From Mustelus asterias (Eukaryota), in the NCBI RefSeq assembly GCF_964213995.1, contig NC_135830.1, positions 7,068,001 through 7,132,000 of the forward strand: a DNA stretch of 64,000 nucleotides, written 5' to 3'. How positions within the stretch are numbered: position 1 is the stretch's first letter; each line of letters opens with the position of its first letter. Shown here piece after piece: positions 51,825 through 62,650 of the stretch. Both the position numbers and the translations under genes were made by a program. The notes beneath the pieces are model-generated. The model made no database searches and was not told where the DNA came from. It was given only the letters and a program-made list of their open reading frames with translations.

Positions 51825-53394
51825 GTAAGTGCGAGTCCACCTTCATTTCCTCCCATTAGATACAGATTTCTGCTGAATGGTGTCGGGTGAAAGGCCGGTA
51901 AAGAGCCAAGGCAGTGCTTGGAATGAAGGAGAAGCCATTGCACCAATCAATTAAGCTATTAGGCACCGAGTATCGAGTTCAGCTCACTGTTTATTAAGCC
52001 GTGTCATCAACACCAGTTGAAACATTAGGCATCAGTGATGTGACATCAAACTGAAATTGGGTTACTAATAGGATAGAAAATGCCAATTTAGCAGGTTGAG
52101 TCAAATGCCCACTGATTTGAGTAATTACCTACATATATTTCATTTTCAAGTTTGTCTTTGTTAAAACTAATAATCTTGCTAAAACTATACAAGGTACGAT
52201 TTAGACCACATCTGGAACACTGTCCCCTTACATTAGGAAACCTATACTGGCATTGGAGGCAGTTCAGGGAAGGCCACTACTTTGATCCCAGGTATGGATA
52301 TGTTTTTTCGGAGAGTTTGAGTATGTTGGGCCTGTACTTAGTGGAGTTTAGAAGCATGAGATGTGACCTTATTGAGACTTATTGGATTCTCAGGGGACAT
52401 GACAAGGTTAGATGCTGAGACGTTATTACCTCTTGTAGGACCAGAGGTCATAATCCCAAAGTATGGGGTTGCCCATTTATATAATGAAGATTTTCTTCTT
52501 TCAAGCCAGCAGTGAATCTGTGGAATCATTTACCGCAGAGCGCTGTACAGGTTGAATGTTCAGATTTTTAACCCACAGGGCAATCGAGGGTTACGAGGAT
52601 ACAACGGGAAAGAGGTATTCAGAATTATCACATCAGCTAATTCATGATCTCATTGAATGACCGATGGGCCAAATGGCATCCTTCTGCCCCGTCGTCCTAT
52701 GGTCTCCGGTCTTTGTTAAACTGCTGACACGAATGCATGCTTGAAATAAGGCTTCAAAGTGAAGTGTTGGTCAACGATTATCAACAACAGGTTGATGTTT
52801 TGAACCAGGTGTTAGAGTTCAAATTAAAGGGTCACTCCTTTAAAGACAGATATGAGGAGACTTTTTTCTCTCTTCAAGAGTAGTGAGTCTCGTCATCTCT
52901 CTTCTTCAAACATCAAGGGGAACAGGGCCTTTGATTATTTTAAACACAGCTAGATAGATTCTTGATTAACAAGGGATAAACGGTGATCGGGAGTAGGCAG
53001 GAATGTGGGGGTGAGGTTACAATCAGATCAGTCATGATCTTACTGAATAGCGGTTAGGCTGGAGTGGCCCAGTGCCTTACTCCGACTCCCACTTTGCATG
53101 TTCGTATGTGTTGATGTCAAACTATTTTCCCAGGATTTGTGTCTCCTGGGTGTTCAGGGAGAAGTATCGGTGAAGATGGAAATTGTGAAACACAGTCAAT
53201 TCATTATCCAAATATTGTTCCCTGATATAGTCAAAAAAACAGTGGGAGCTAAGTGTGAGGGAGAGGGAGGGAACGGTTATATTTGGTTGAGGAGAGAAGC
53301 TAATTAAAAGAAGTGACATGATACAAACTGAATGTGAGCTAGCCCTGTGTTCATATGGCTGGGTCCATATTTTGTAGTAGCTGTTACTACTGAA

Positions 53395-53442
53395 CTGAGA
53401 AGCTTGCCTTTGGCAAAGGGACCAAACTCACTGTGGAGCCCA
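53395..53442 (+). pseudogene. TCR J segment 4 with damaged heptamer
   Basis: ATATTTTGT-12-TACTGAA (lacks GTG); EKLAFGKGTKLTVEP; gtaagt donor intact. Confidence 0.75.
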
Positions 53443-54041
53443 GTAAGTCCTCAACTATCTTCCACCATGATCTATTTACAGTAGGATGACATTTACAGTT
53501 CCAAACAGTAGGATGACATTTACAGTTCCAAACATATCACCAAGTCGTGTTTTTAAAAAAAATCAGTACAGGCTTAAAGGGAGGAGATGCAATATAATGG
53601 CCATTCATAACTTGGGGAGGTCTTGTGGTGCAATGGGCTAGAATCCCTACCTCTGACCTAGAAACGCCGGGTCCGAGTCCCTACCCTTGGACTTGATGAA
53701 CAAGGAAGGTGAGAAAGCAACGCTGCCAAAGATTGGGAGTGAGAGGGAGACTCCTGCTCAGCAACGCTTGATATGTAGCATGGCTCTCTCAAGCTCTAAG
53801 CCCTTCACAAAAGTCGAGCGACGTGTTCCAGAAATTGCTATCACTGAAGGCAGAAGAATTCTGTCTAAATGCACCAGTCGGTGCAGAGAGGTAACTTGGC
53901 TTTAAATTTGGCCTTGGATGTGCTTAGCTTTGTAGAATGTTATCAGATGCCTTGTTCATCTCTTGGCCATAGATAATTTTTAAGATTTACCATTCGCACA
54001 CCATGGCAGTTGTCGAGGCTCCCACTGACATCAGTGATTAT

Positions 54042-54513
54042 AGTAAGAAGTCTCACAACACCAGGTTAAAGTCCAACAGGTTTATTTGGTAGCAAATACC
54101 ATAAGCTTTCGGAGCAATGCTCCTTCGTCAGATGGAGTGGTCTCTGTTCTCAAACAGGGCACAGACACAGAAATCAAATTACAGAATACTGATTAGAATG
54201 CAAATCTCTACAGCCAGCCAGGTCTTAAATGCACAGACAATGTGGGTGGAGGGAGCATTCAATGCTCCCTCCACCCACATTGTCTGTGCATTTAAGACCT
54301 GGCTGGCTGTAGAGATTTGCATTCTAATCAGTATTCTGTAATTTGATTTCTGTGTCTGTGCCCTGTTTGAGAACAGAGACCACTCCATCTGACGAAGGAA
54401 CATTGCTCCGAAAGCTTATGGTATTTGCTACCAAATAAACCTGTTGGACTTTAACCTGGTGTTGTGAGACTTCTTACTGTGCTTACCCCAGTCCAACGCC
54501 GGCATCTCCACAT
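54042..54513. mobile_element. Penelope-derived insert forming a 437-bp near-perfect palindrome (54042-54478)
   Basis: 218-bp arms around a single base (54260), one mismatch seen; flanking direct repeat CATCAGTGATTAT; hammerhead motif in each arm. Confidence 0.88.
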
Positions 54514-54606
54514 CATCAGTGATTATGCCAGTGTTGCTGTGTATACTGGATGGAATCTGAATGAGCTGATGCACTGGTAGGTTTCTGATGGCCACTATTC
54601 ACGGTG

Positions 54607-54672
54607 CTCATTACTATGACGGTACTTATAAACTCATCTTTGGCTACGGGAAACAACTGAATGTTGTGCCAA
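54607..54672 (+). pseudogene. TCR J segment 5, splice donor mutated (ATAAGT)
   Basis: GGTTTCTGA-11-CACGGTG; HYYDGTYKLIFGYGKQLNVVP; donor AT instead of GT. Confidence 0.8.
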
Positions 54673-55295
54673 ATAAGTGCCAGGTGATTTCTCTTTACCC
54701 TTCGATGGATATTTCTGCAGAATCCATGTCTGGCGAATGGTGACAAAGAGGGAAAGTAACGCTTAAAATTAAAAACAAGCTGTTAGATGGATTTATGTAT
54801 CATTAGATAATTAATTAGAACGATAGAGATCCAGAGGATATAATCAGTAAATTCGTAGATGATACACAAATTGGTGGTGTGGTAAATAGCGAGGAGGAAA
54901 GCCTTACATTACAGGTCGATATTGAAGGACTGGTCAAATGGGCAGAGCAGTGGAAAATTGAAATTTAACTCTAAAAAGTGTAAGCTGATGTATTTTGGGA
55001 GGAACAACAGGGCCAGGGAATATACAGAAGTTAATTGAAACTGCATGGAAGGAAAGTTAAACTGCTAGCTATGTCTTGTACTTTTTGAAATAGAGTAAAG
55101 CAAATAAAGCAAAAGGGTTAAATGGGGATGGATTTCAGGGAGAGGAATAGTTGCATTTTTGCTTTGGAGATCACCTGGCATTACAATTTGAATCCCAATC
55201 TATGGTCAAATCACCAGGTCAAGCAGGTCAAAAACAACCTCTTGCAATACTGTCAGCACGGGAGTTACGGATTTGTGTAGCATCTTCCATGATTG

Positions 55296-55904
55296 GCCAG
55301 AACATTGAATACAGGAGTTGGGACGTTTTGTTGAAATTGTACAAGACATTGGTAAGGCCACATTTGGAATACTGTGTACAATTCTGGTCACCCGATTATA
55401 GAAAGGATATTATTAAACTAGAAAGAGTGCAGAAAAGATTTACTAGGATGCGACCGGGACTTGATGGTTTGAGGCTGGATAGACTGGGACTTTTTTATCT
55501 GGAGTGTAGAAGATTGAGGTGTGATCTTTAGCGGTTTATAAAATAATGAGGGGTATAGATCAGCTCGATAGTCAGTATCTTTCCCCAAAGGTAGGGACGT
55601 CTAAAACTAGAGGGCATAGGTTTATGGTGAGAGGGGCGAGATACAAATGTGTCCAGAGCGGCAATTATTTCACGCAGAGGGTGGTGAATGTCTGGAACAA
55701 GCTGCCAGAGGTAGTAGTAGAGGCGGGTACAATTTTGTCTTTTAGAAAGCATTTAGACAGTTATATTGGTAAGATGGGTATAGAGGGATATGGGCCAAAT
55801 GCAGGCAATTGTGATTAGCTTAGGGGTTTAAAAAAAGGCTTCATAGACAAGTTAGGCCGTAGGGCCTGTTTCCATGCTGTAATCCTCTATGACTCTATGA
55901 CTCT
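55296..55904 (+). mobile_element. CR1 3' fragment inserted into a J RSS
   Basis: LVRPHLEYCVQFWSP...; (gactctat)n tail; ATGATTG direct repeat at 55289-55295 and 55905-55911. Confidence 0.85.
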
Positions 55905-55913
55905 ATGATTGTG

Positions 55914-55973
55914 TCATCCCCACAACTGAAAGTCCGATCCTTGGAACTTGAACAAAACTCACTGTGGAACCTC
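55914..55973 (+). pseudogene. Pseudo-J 6
   Basis: GATTGTG heptamer; TTESPILGT*TKLTVEP; GC at donor; nonamer displaced by LINE. Confidence 0.75.
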
Positions 55974-56270
55974 GCATGCATCCTCACAACGTGCAATGGT
56001 CTCACCCTGCATTTACAGAAAATCTGAACCATATTTGCTGAGATTGTAAAGTGGATAGAAATATATGACATATGGAGCTAACAGGCAAGGAGTGGGAATT
56101 AAGTGTAAATTGGTGGATGGGGCGAACATATTTATTTCAGGATATAACCTGCCCTGGCTTTTGAAGTCAGCAGAATCTGAAATTGAACTCAAAACTCAAA
56201 CTCAGGATAAATAAAATATAAATAAATCTTATATTTCTGCTCAGGTGTTTGTACTTTTTGCCGCATTATG

Positions 56271-56340
56271 TACACATGTACTAGCACCAGAACTTTGAAT
56301 CTTATCTTTGGCAGAGGAAACAAATTCACTGCGCAACCCA
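56271..56340 (+). pseudogene. Pseudo-J 7
   Basis: TRTLNLIFGRGNKFTAQP; donor ATAAGT; degenerate RSS GGTGTTTGT-11-CATTATG. Confidence 0.7.
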
Positions 56341-56874
56341 ATAAGTCGTTTTAAATTTTCAGTTTGGACCTGGTTAGAGTATGAGTAACTGAAGTTACCT
56401 CGTTTTTTTATTGCGTAGGAAATGGGCATTGCTGGCTAGGCCAGCACTTACATAGCCCGTCCCTAAATGTGGAAGGCAGTGGTGAGCTGCCTGCTTGAAC
56501 CTGCTGCACTGGTCCATGTGTTGTGTGTATTATTCCATTCCTGCCGACAAAACATTTCCATTCTGTGCAGAGATTGTGGGGAGTGTGGTGGCCAATGGCT
56601 ACTTGAAGTTAGCAAGTGCATTAAGTTTCTGACCATTCTTTCCCTCAAAGTTCCTTTTTACACGATGCAAGTAAATAATTTATTGACCTATTACGTTCAA
56701 ATGGGTGGGAAGTGAGGGGGGAGACATTTATATTTTTACCTGGATATAACCTGCCCTGGCTATTGAAGTCAGCAAAATCTGAAATTGAATTCAAACTCAA
56801 ACTTAGGAGAAATATAATATAAATAAATCATTCTTCTGCTCATGTGGTTGGGTTTAGTTTTTTGTCCCATTGTG

Positions 56875-56944
56875 AACAGATGTGCTGGCACCAGAACTTT
56901 GTAACTTGTCTTTGGCAGAGGCAAAAGATTCACTTTACGACCCA
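56875..56944 (+). pseudogene. Pseudo-J 8 (tandem duplicate of J7)
   Basis: CATTGTG heptamer; GTRTL*LVFGRGKRFTLRP; donor ATAAGA; flanks similar to 56100-56400. Confidence 0.7.
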
Positions 56945-57145
56945 ATAAGACATTTGAAAACGTCAGTTTGGATCTGGTTGGAACATAAGTAATTGACCTT
57001 TCCTTAAAGATTCTCAAGGGCTCTTCCTCATGTGAACTTTGTATATTCCCCTGCCTCCGAATTATTGAGTATGCTTCATCATTACTAAACGACATCTGCA
57101 ACTTCACTCCAATGGAAGGTCTATGTCTGTGCCCTTTATACTATA

Positions 57146-57195
57146 CATTATGACTACACTGTGAAGCTGCGGCACCCAGTTGACAGTTGTGCCAA
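57146..57195 (+). pseudogene. Pseudo-J 9 (FG deleted, frameshift)
   Basis: GGTCTATGT-12-TACTATA; HYDYTVKL then frameshift GTQLTVVP; gtgagt donor. Confidence 0.7.
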
Positions 57196-57345
57196 GTGAG
57201 TACGATTGGAAGTTACTCTCATTATGTTTCATGTCGATTATTTTTTCGCTATATTGTGTCTGACAAATAGCAACCGGGGCAACCATACAAAGTATTACAT
57301 GAAATACAAGTGAAGGCATTCTGTCCGTAAAATGAACTTCAGAAA

Positions 57346-59118
57346 GATAGAACATGGAACATTACAGCGCAGTACAGGCCCTTCGGCCCTCGATGTTGCG
57401 CCGACCAATGAAACCAATCTAAAGCCCATCTAACCTCCACTATTCCAAAATCATCCATATGTTTATCCAATAACCATTTAAATGCCCTTAATGTTGGCGA
57501 GTCCACTACTGCTGCAGGCAGGGCATTCTACGCCCTCAATAATCTCTGAGTGAAGAACCTACCTCTGACATCTGCCCTAAATCTATCACCCCTCAATTTA
57601 AAGCTATGTCCCCTCGTGCTAGCTATCACCATTCGAGGAAAAAGGCTCTCACTATCCACCCTATCCAATCCTCTGATCATCTTGTATGCCTCTATTAAGT
57701 CACCTCTTAATCTTCTTCTCTCTAACGAATACAACCTCAAGTCCCTCAGCCTTTCCTCATAAGACCTTCCCACCATACCAGGCAACATCCTAGTAAATCT
57801 CCTCTGCACCCTTTCCAATGCTTCCACATCCCTCCTACAATGCGGCGACCAGAACTGTACGCAATACTCCAAGTGCGGCCGCACCAGAGTTTTGTACAGC
57901 TGCAACATGACCTCCTGGCTCCGAAACTCAATCCCTCTACCAATAAAAGCTAACACTCCGTACACCTCCTTAACAACCCTATCAACCTGGGTGCCAACTT
58001 TCAGGGATCTATGCACATGGACACCGAGATCTCTCTGTTCATCCACACTACCAAGTATTTACCGTTAGCCCAGTACTCTGTAAACCTGTTACTCCTTCCA
58101 AAGTGAATCACCTCACACTTTTCCGCATTAAACTCCATTTGCCACCTCTCAGCCCAGCACTGCAGCTTATCTATGTCCCTCTGTAACCTGCAACAACCTT
58201 CCGCACTGTCCACAACTCCACCGACTTTAGTGTAATCCGCAAATTTACGAACCCATCCTTCTACGCCCTCATCCAGGTCATTTATAAAAATGACAAACAG
58301 CAGTGGCCCCAAAACAGATCCTTGCGGTACACCACTAGTAACTGAACTCCAGGATGAGCATTTCCCATCAACCACCACCCTCTGTCTTCTTACAGCTAGC
58401 CAATTCCCGATCCAAACCACTAAATCGCCCTCAATCCCATGCCTCCGTATCTTCTGCAATAGCTTACCGCGGGGAACCTTATCAAACGCATTACTGAAAT
58501 CCATATACACCACATCAACTGCTTTACCCTCATCCACCTCTTTGGTCACCTTCTCAAAGAACTCAGTAAGGTTTGTGAGGCACGACCTACCCTTCGTAAA
58601 ACCGTGTTGGCTATCCCTAATCAAATTATTCCTTTCTAGATGATTATAAATCCTATCTCTTATAATCCTTTCCAAAACTTTGCCCACAACAGAAGTAAGG
58701 CTCACTGGTCTATAATTACCAGGGTTGTCTCTACTCCCCTTCTTGAACATGGGGACAATATTTGCTATCCTCCAGTCTTCTGGCACTATTCCTGCAGTCA
58801 ATGACGACACAAAGGTCAAAGCGAAAGGCTATGCCATCTCCTCCCTGGCCTCCCAGAGAATCCTGGGATAAATCCCATCCGGCCCAGGGGACTTATCTAT
58901 TTTCACACTGTCCAGAATTGCTAACGCCTCCTCCTTATTAACCTCAATCCCGTCTAGTCCAATAGCCTGCATCTCAGTATTCTCCTCGACAACATTGTCT
59001 TTTTCCTGCGAGAATACTGACGATAAATATTCATTTAGCGCCTCTCCTATCTCTTCAGGCTCCACGCACAACTTCCCATTACTGTCCTTGACTGGCGCTA
59101 ATCTTACCCTTGTCATTC
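57346..59118 (-). mobile_element. CR1/HER1-like LINE RT 3' half
   Basis: KSPGPDGIYPR, NYRPVSLTSVVGK, GVPQGSVLGPLLF, LVRPHLEYCVQFWSP; tagaaca tail. Confidence 0.93.
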
Positions 59119-59488
59119 CCTAGTCATTACCCTCGATAGATGGATAGCGAGCTCAGATCTCAATGCTTAGTTAGACATGCCGCAGGTGGCAGACCAATCT
59201 CTGGGCCTCAGCAATGTGACATACATGGATGTGCGACTCACTGGGTGACCTTGCATCATGGAGAAGTTATGTAACTGGAGGGAAGCGATGTCCTGCTCGT
59301 ATTACCGCAAAATTATTAACTCCGAAACTCAGCGAATATGTGAGGGACCTGGGTTCGAATCCCGTCACGGCAGATGGTGGAATTTGAATTGAATAATCTG
59401 GAATTAAGAATCTACTGGTGTCCAGGAAAACCATTGTCGATTGTCGGAAAAACCCATCTGGTTCATTAATTTCCTCTCGGGAAGGAAA

Positions 59489-60790
59489 CATAGGAACATT
59501 GAAGATGGGAGCAGGAAGGAGCGTTTGGCCTTTCAAGCATGATCTGCCATTTATTATGATCATGGTTGATCATCCACTCAATAGCCTAATCCTGCTTTCT
59601 CCCCATAACCTTTGATCCTATTCGCTCCAAGTGCTATATCCAGCCGCTTCTTGAATACATTCAATCTTTTGACAACAACTACTTCCTGTGGTAATAAATT
59701 TCACAGGCTCACCACTCTTTGGGTGAAGAAATGTCTCCTCACCTCCGTCCTAAATGGTCTACCCGGAATCCTCAGACCCCTGGTTCTGGACTCCCCCACC
59801 ATCGGGAATATCCTCTCTTCATCTACTATGCCTTGTCCTGTTCGAATTTTACAAGTCTCGATGAGATCCATTGTCATCCCTTTAAGTAAGTCTCCCGAAT
59901 CTATGAAGGCCAAATCACGCCTCATATCTTCATAGTCTCCTTTATTACGATTGAGCACAGTCGTGTCCGAGTCAACTACTTCACTCTCCACCTTGATAAA
60001 AAATTCTCTCATGTTATGTTCACTCATCGCCAAGGGGTCTTGCACAGCTAGATTGGCAATTATTACCCTCTCACGACACAGTACCCAGTCTAAGGTGACC
60101 TGCTCCCTCGTTGGTTCCTTCACATATTGGTCAGGGAAACTATCCCGTACCCGGTCCAGGAAATCCTTCTCTACAGCATTGTGGCTAATTTGATTTACTC
60201 AATCAACGTGCGGATTAAAATCACCCTTGATCACATGTATTTATAATTTCGTGTTTAATGCCATTTCCAACATCACCACTGCAGTTTCGCGGTCTGTATA
60301 TGACACCCACTGATGTTTTCTGCCCCTTGGTATCTCTCAACTCTACCCAAATAGACTCCACATTATCAGAGCTAATATCGTTTCTCACCAGTTTGTTAAT
60401 TTCCTCTTTAACCAGCAGTGCCGCTCCACCACCTTTTCCTTTATGCCTGTCCTTCCTAAATATTGAATACCCTGGGACATTCAGTTCCCACTCTTGGGAA
60501 CCCTGCAGCCGTGTCTCCATAATTCCAATTATAGCATGCCCATTTATATCTATCTGCAAGATTAGTTCATCCACTCTATTGCCAATGCTCCGCGCATTAA
60601 GGCACAGAGCCTTTCAGCTTGTCTTTTTAACATTAATTGTCTCATTTTTTAATTTTGTCCTTGGTTTCTCTGTATATCATTTTTCGTATTCCCTTTTCCA
60701 CCTCTTGATTTTATCCTTGTTCCCTCCTTCTCTGACTCCTTACATAATTTCCCAACCACCTGGCATATTAGTTTCATTGGGTGACCTTGC
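59489..60790 (-). mobile_element. Internally deleted CR1-like LINE (endonuclease part joined to 3' end)
   Basis: IIGIMET, FRKDR...GGGAALLVK, VGVIYRP; then FFTQRVVSL 3' end. Confidence 0.8.
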
Positions 60791-61753
60791 AGTATTGTGA
60801 GGTGGTGAAACTGGGGGGAGGCGATGGCCTAGTGGCGTTATCGCTAGATTATTAATCCAGGAAATCAACTAGTGTTCTGGGGACCCTGCATTCAAATCCC
60901 TCCACGACAGATGGTGGAATTTGAATTCAATAATCTGGAATTAAGAATCTACTGTTGACGATGCAAACCACTGTTGGAAAAACCCATCTCGTTGAGTAAT
61001 GTCCTTTAGAGAAAGAAATCTGCCATTCTTATTAGATCTGGCCAACATGTGCAATTTGATTGACACTCAAGGGCAATATTGGGAATGGATAATAAACTCT
61101 GGCCAGCCAACGGTGCCCATGTCCCACGAATGGACAAAAAATATCTCTCTTTTGGAAAATGAGCTCGAGTAACTGTTGATTCAAGTAAACATAAACGCAT
61201 CTTTCAGACTCAACATGTCTGTTTACCTCTTCGAAATATAACAGGATTATGACAATAAGAACAGATAATGCTGGGAAAAACCACAGCAGATCAGGCAGCA
61301 TCTGTAAGGAGAGAAAGCTTAGCTAACAAATTAAAGACTATCCGTTGAATTGTATTTCTTTTCTGCCAGGTTTTGAGGCGTCACTGGCAAAGCCATGTTG
61401 CAAATTTATGTTAAGCCATTTCAGAGATTGGCAGTGCAGGCAGAACCTTGTTCCTATGTTACCTAACAAAGTTTCAGAGGCAAAATATACTTCTTGCAGG
61501 GGGAGGACGTGGGTGGCTATATTTGACCAGTGGCTGCCTTGGCTCAGAAATTCTTCACGTTGATAGAATCTTAGAGAATCCAAGGAGGCTATTCGGCCCA
61601 TTTAGCCTGTGATGGTGGGGAGGGGGAAGATATGCAATATCTGTTTCCTGCAGTGAATCAGTGACTGTTCCAGCTTTGTCTTTGCCGTGAATTGTCTGAA
61701 ATCTGAAACAGCTATCTCAATAGAAGGTTTCTGTCTGAGAAATTGTTACTGTG

Positions 61754-61803
61754 CTAAGTTAAGCTAACGTTCGGCAGCGGCACCCAGGTGACAGTTGTAC
61801 CAA
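61754..61803 (+). CDS. TRDJ: TCR J segment 10 (good RSS; in-frame TAA at 5' end)
   Basis: GGTTTCTGT-12-TACTGTG; *VKLTFGSGTQVTVVP; gtgagt donor. Confidence 0.82.
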
Positions 61804-62590
61804 GTGAGTGTGAAGTCAGTGTGTTTCTATTCTTTCACTCCACATCTCCTCTGTGATCTAGTTTTCTGTTGTAAGTAGTCTAGTCAAGTTGGGCAGAGTG
61901 CCAATATAATATGTGGCATGCAGGCGAAGAGATTGCACAGTTTTGAGTCAGTTTTGATCTAGCTCAGCCTACCCAGTCATTGAGGTACATGGGACAGGAG
62001 TTGGGACTGCACGCCTCAGTAATATGGTATTGAACTGAGAAGCAGATTTGTGTACTGTGAACGGGATAGGAAGATTCCACCCAGAGTGTTGATCAAAAAG
62101 AAAGAGGGGAGACGAATAAGCACCATTGTTCTGTTTAAACCTTTGTAATTGTGAATTACACAGGCTTTTCATTTTGTTGTTGAAAAATAAATTCTCCTCA
62201 TATCAGTCCCATATTCTTTGACTATGAACGCCGGTTCTGGACCCTGCTGCCATCCTGCATTTCTCGTGTCGAATCCTGCATTATGGGTTTTAATGAGATC
62301 TTCTGCTCCTGCCTCCCTTCTTCTGAACCACAGACAATAAAATCCTAACCAACTCAATCTCTCCTCATATGTCAGTCCTGCCACTCCAGAATCTGTCCGG
62401 TGAACCTTCGGTGCACTCCCTCTTTAGCCAGAACATCTTTTCTTGGATATTGTTTTGCATTTTTTTCTGGATGAAATAATGAACCAGCTGTGGAAGCAAA
62501 TCGAATCTCAAAAACCTTAGCATGAAAAGCAATCCTTACATTGCTATTCATGTGGGTTATGTCGATTTTGTACCATCTGGAATCACTGTG

Positions 62591-62650
62591 CAAACTATGC
62601 AACCAGAAAGCTTACCTTTGGCAGTGGAACCAAACTCACTGTAGAACCCA
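62591..62650 (+). CDS. TRDJ: TCR J segment 11 (apparently functional)
   Basis: CGATTTTGT-12-CACTGTG; NYATRKLTFGSGTKLTVEP; gtaagt donor. Confidence 0.9.
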
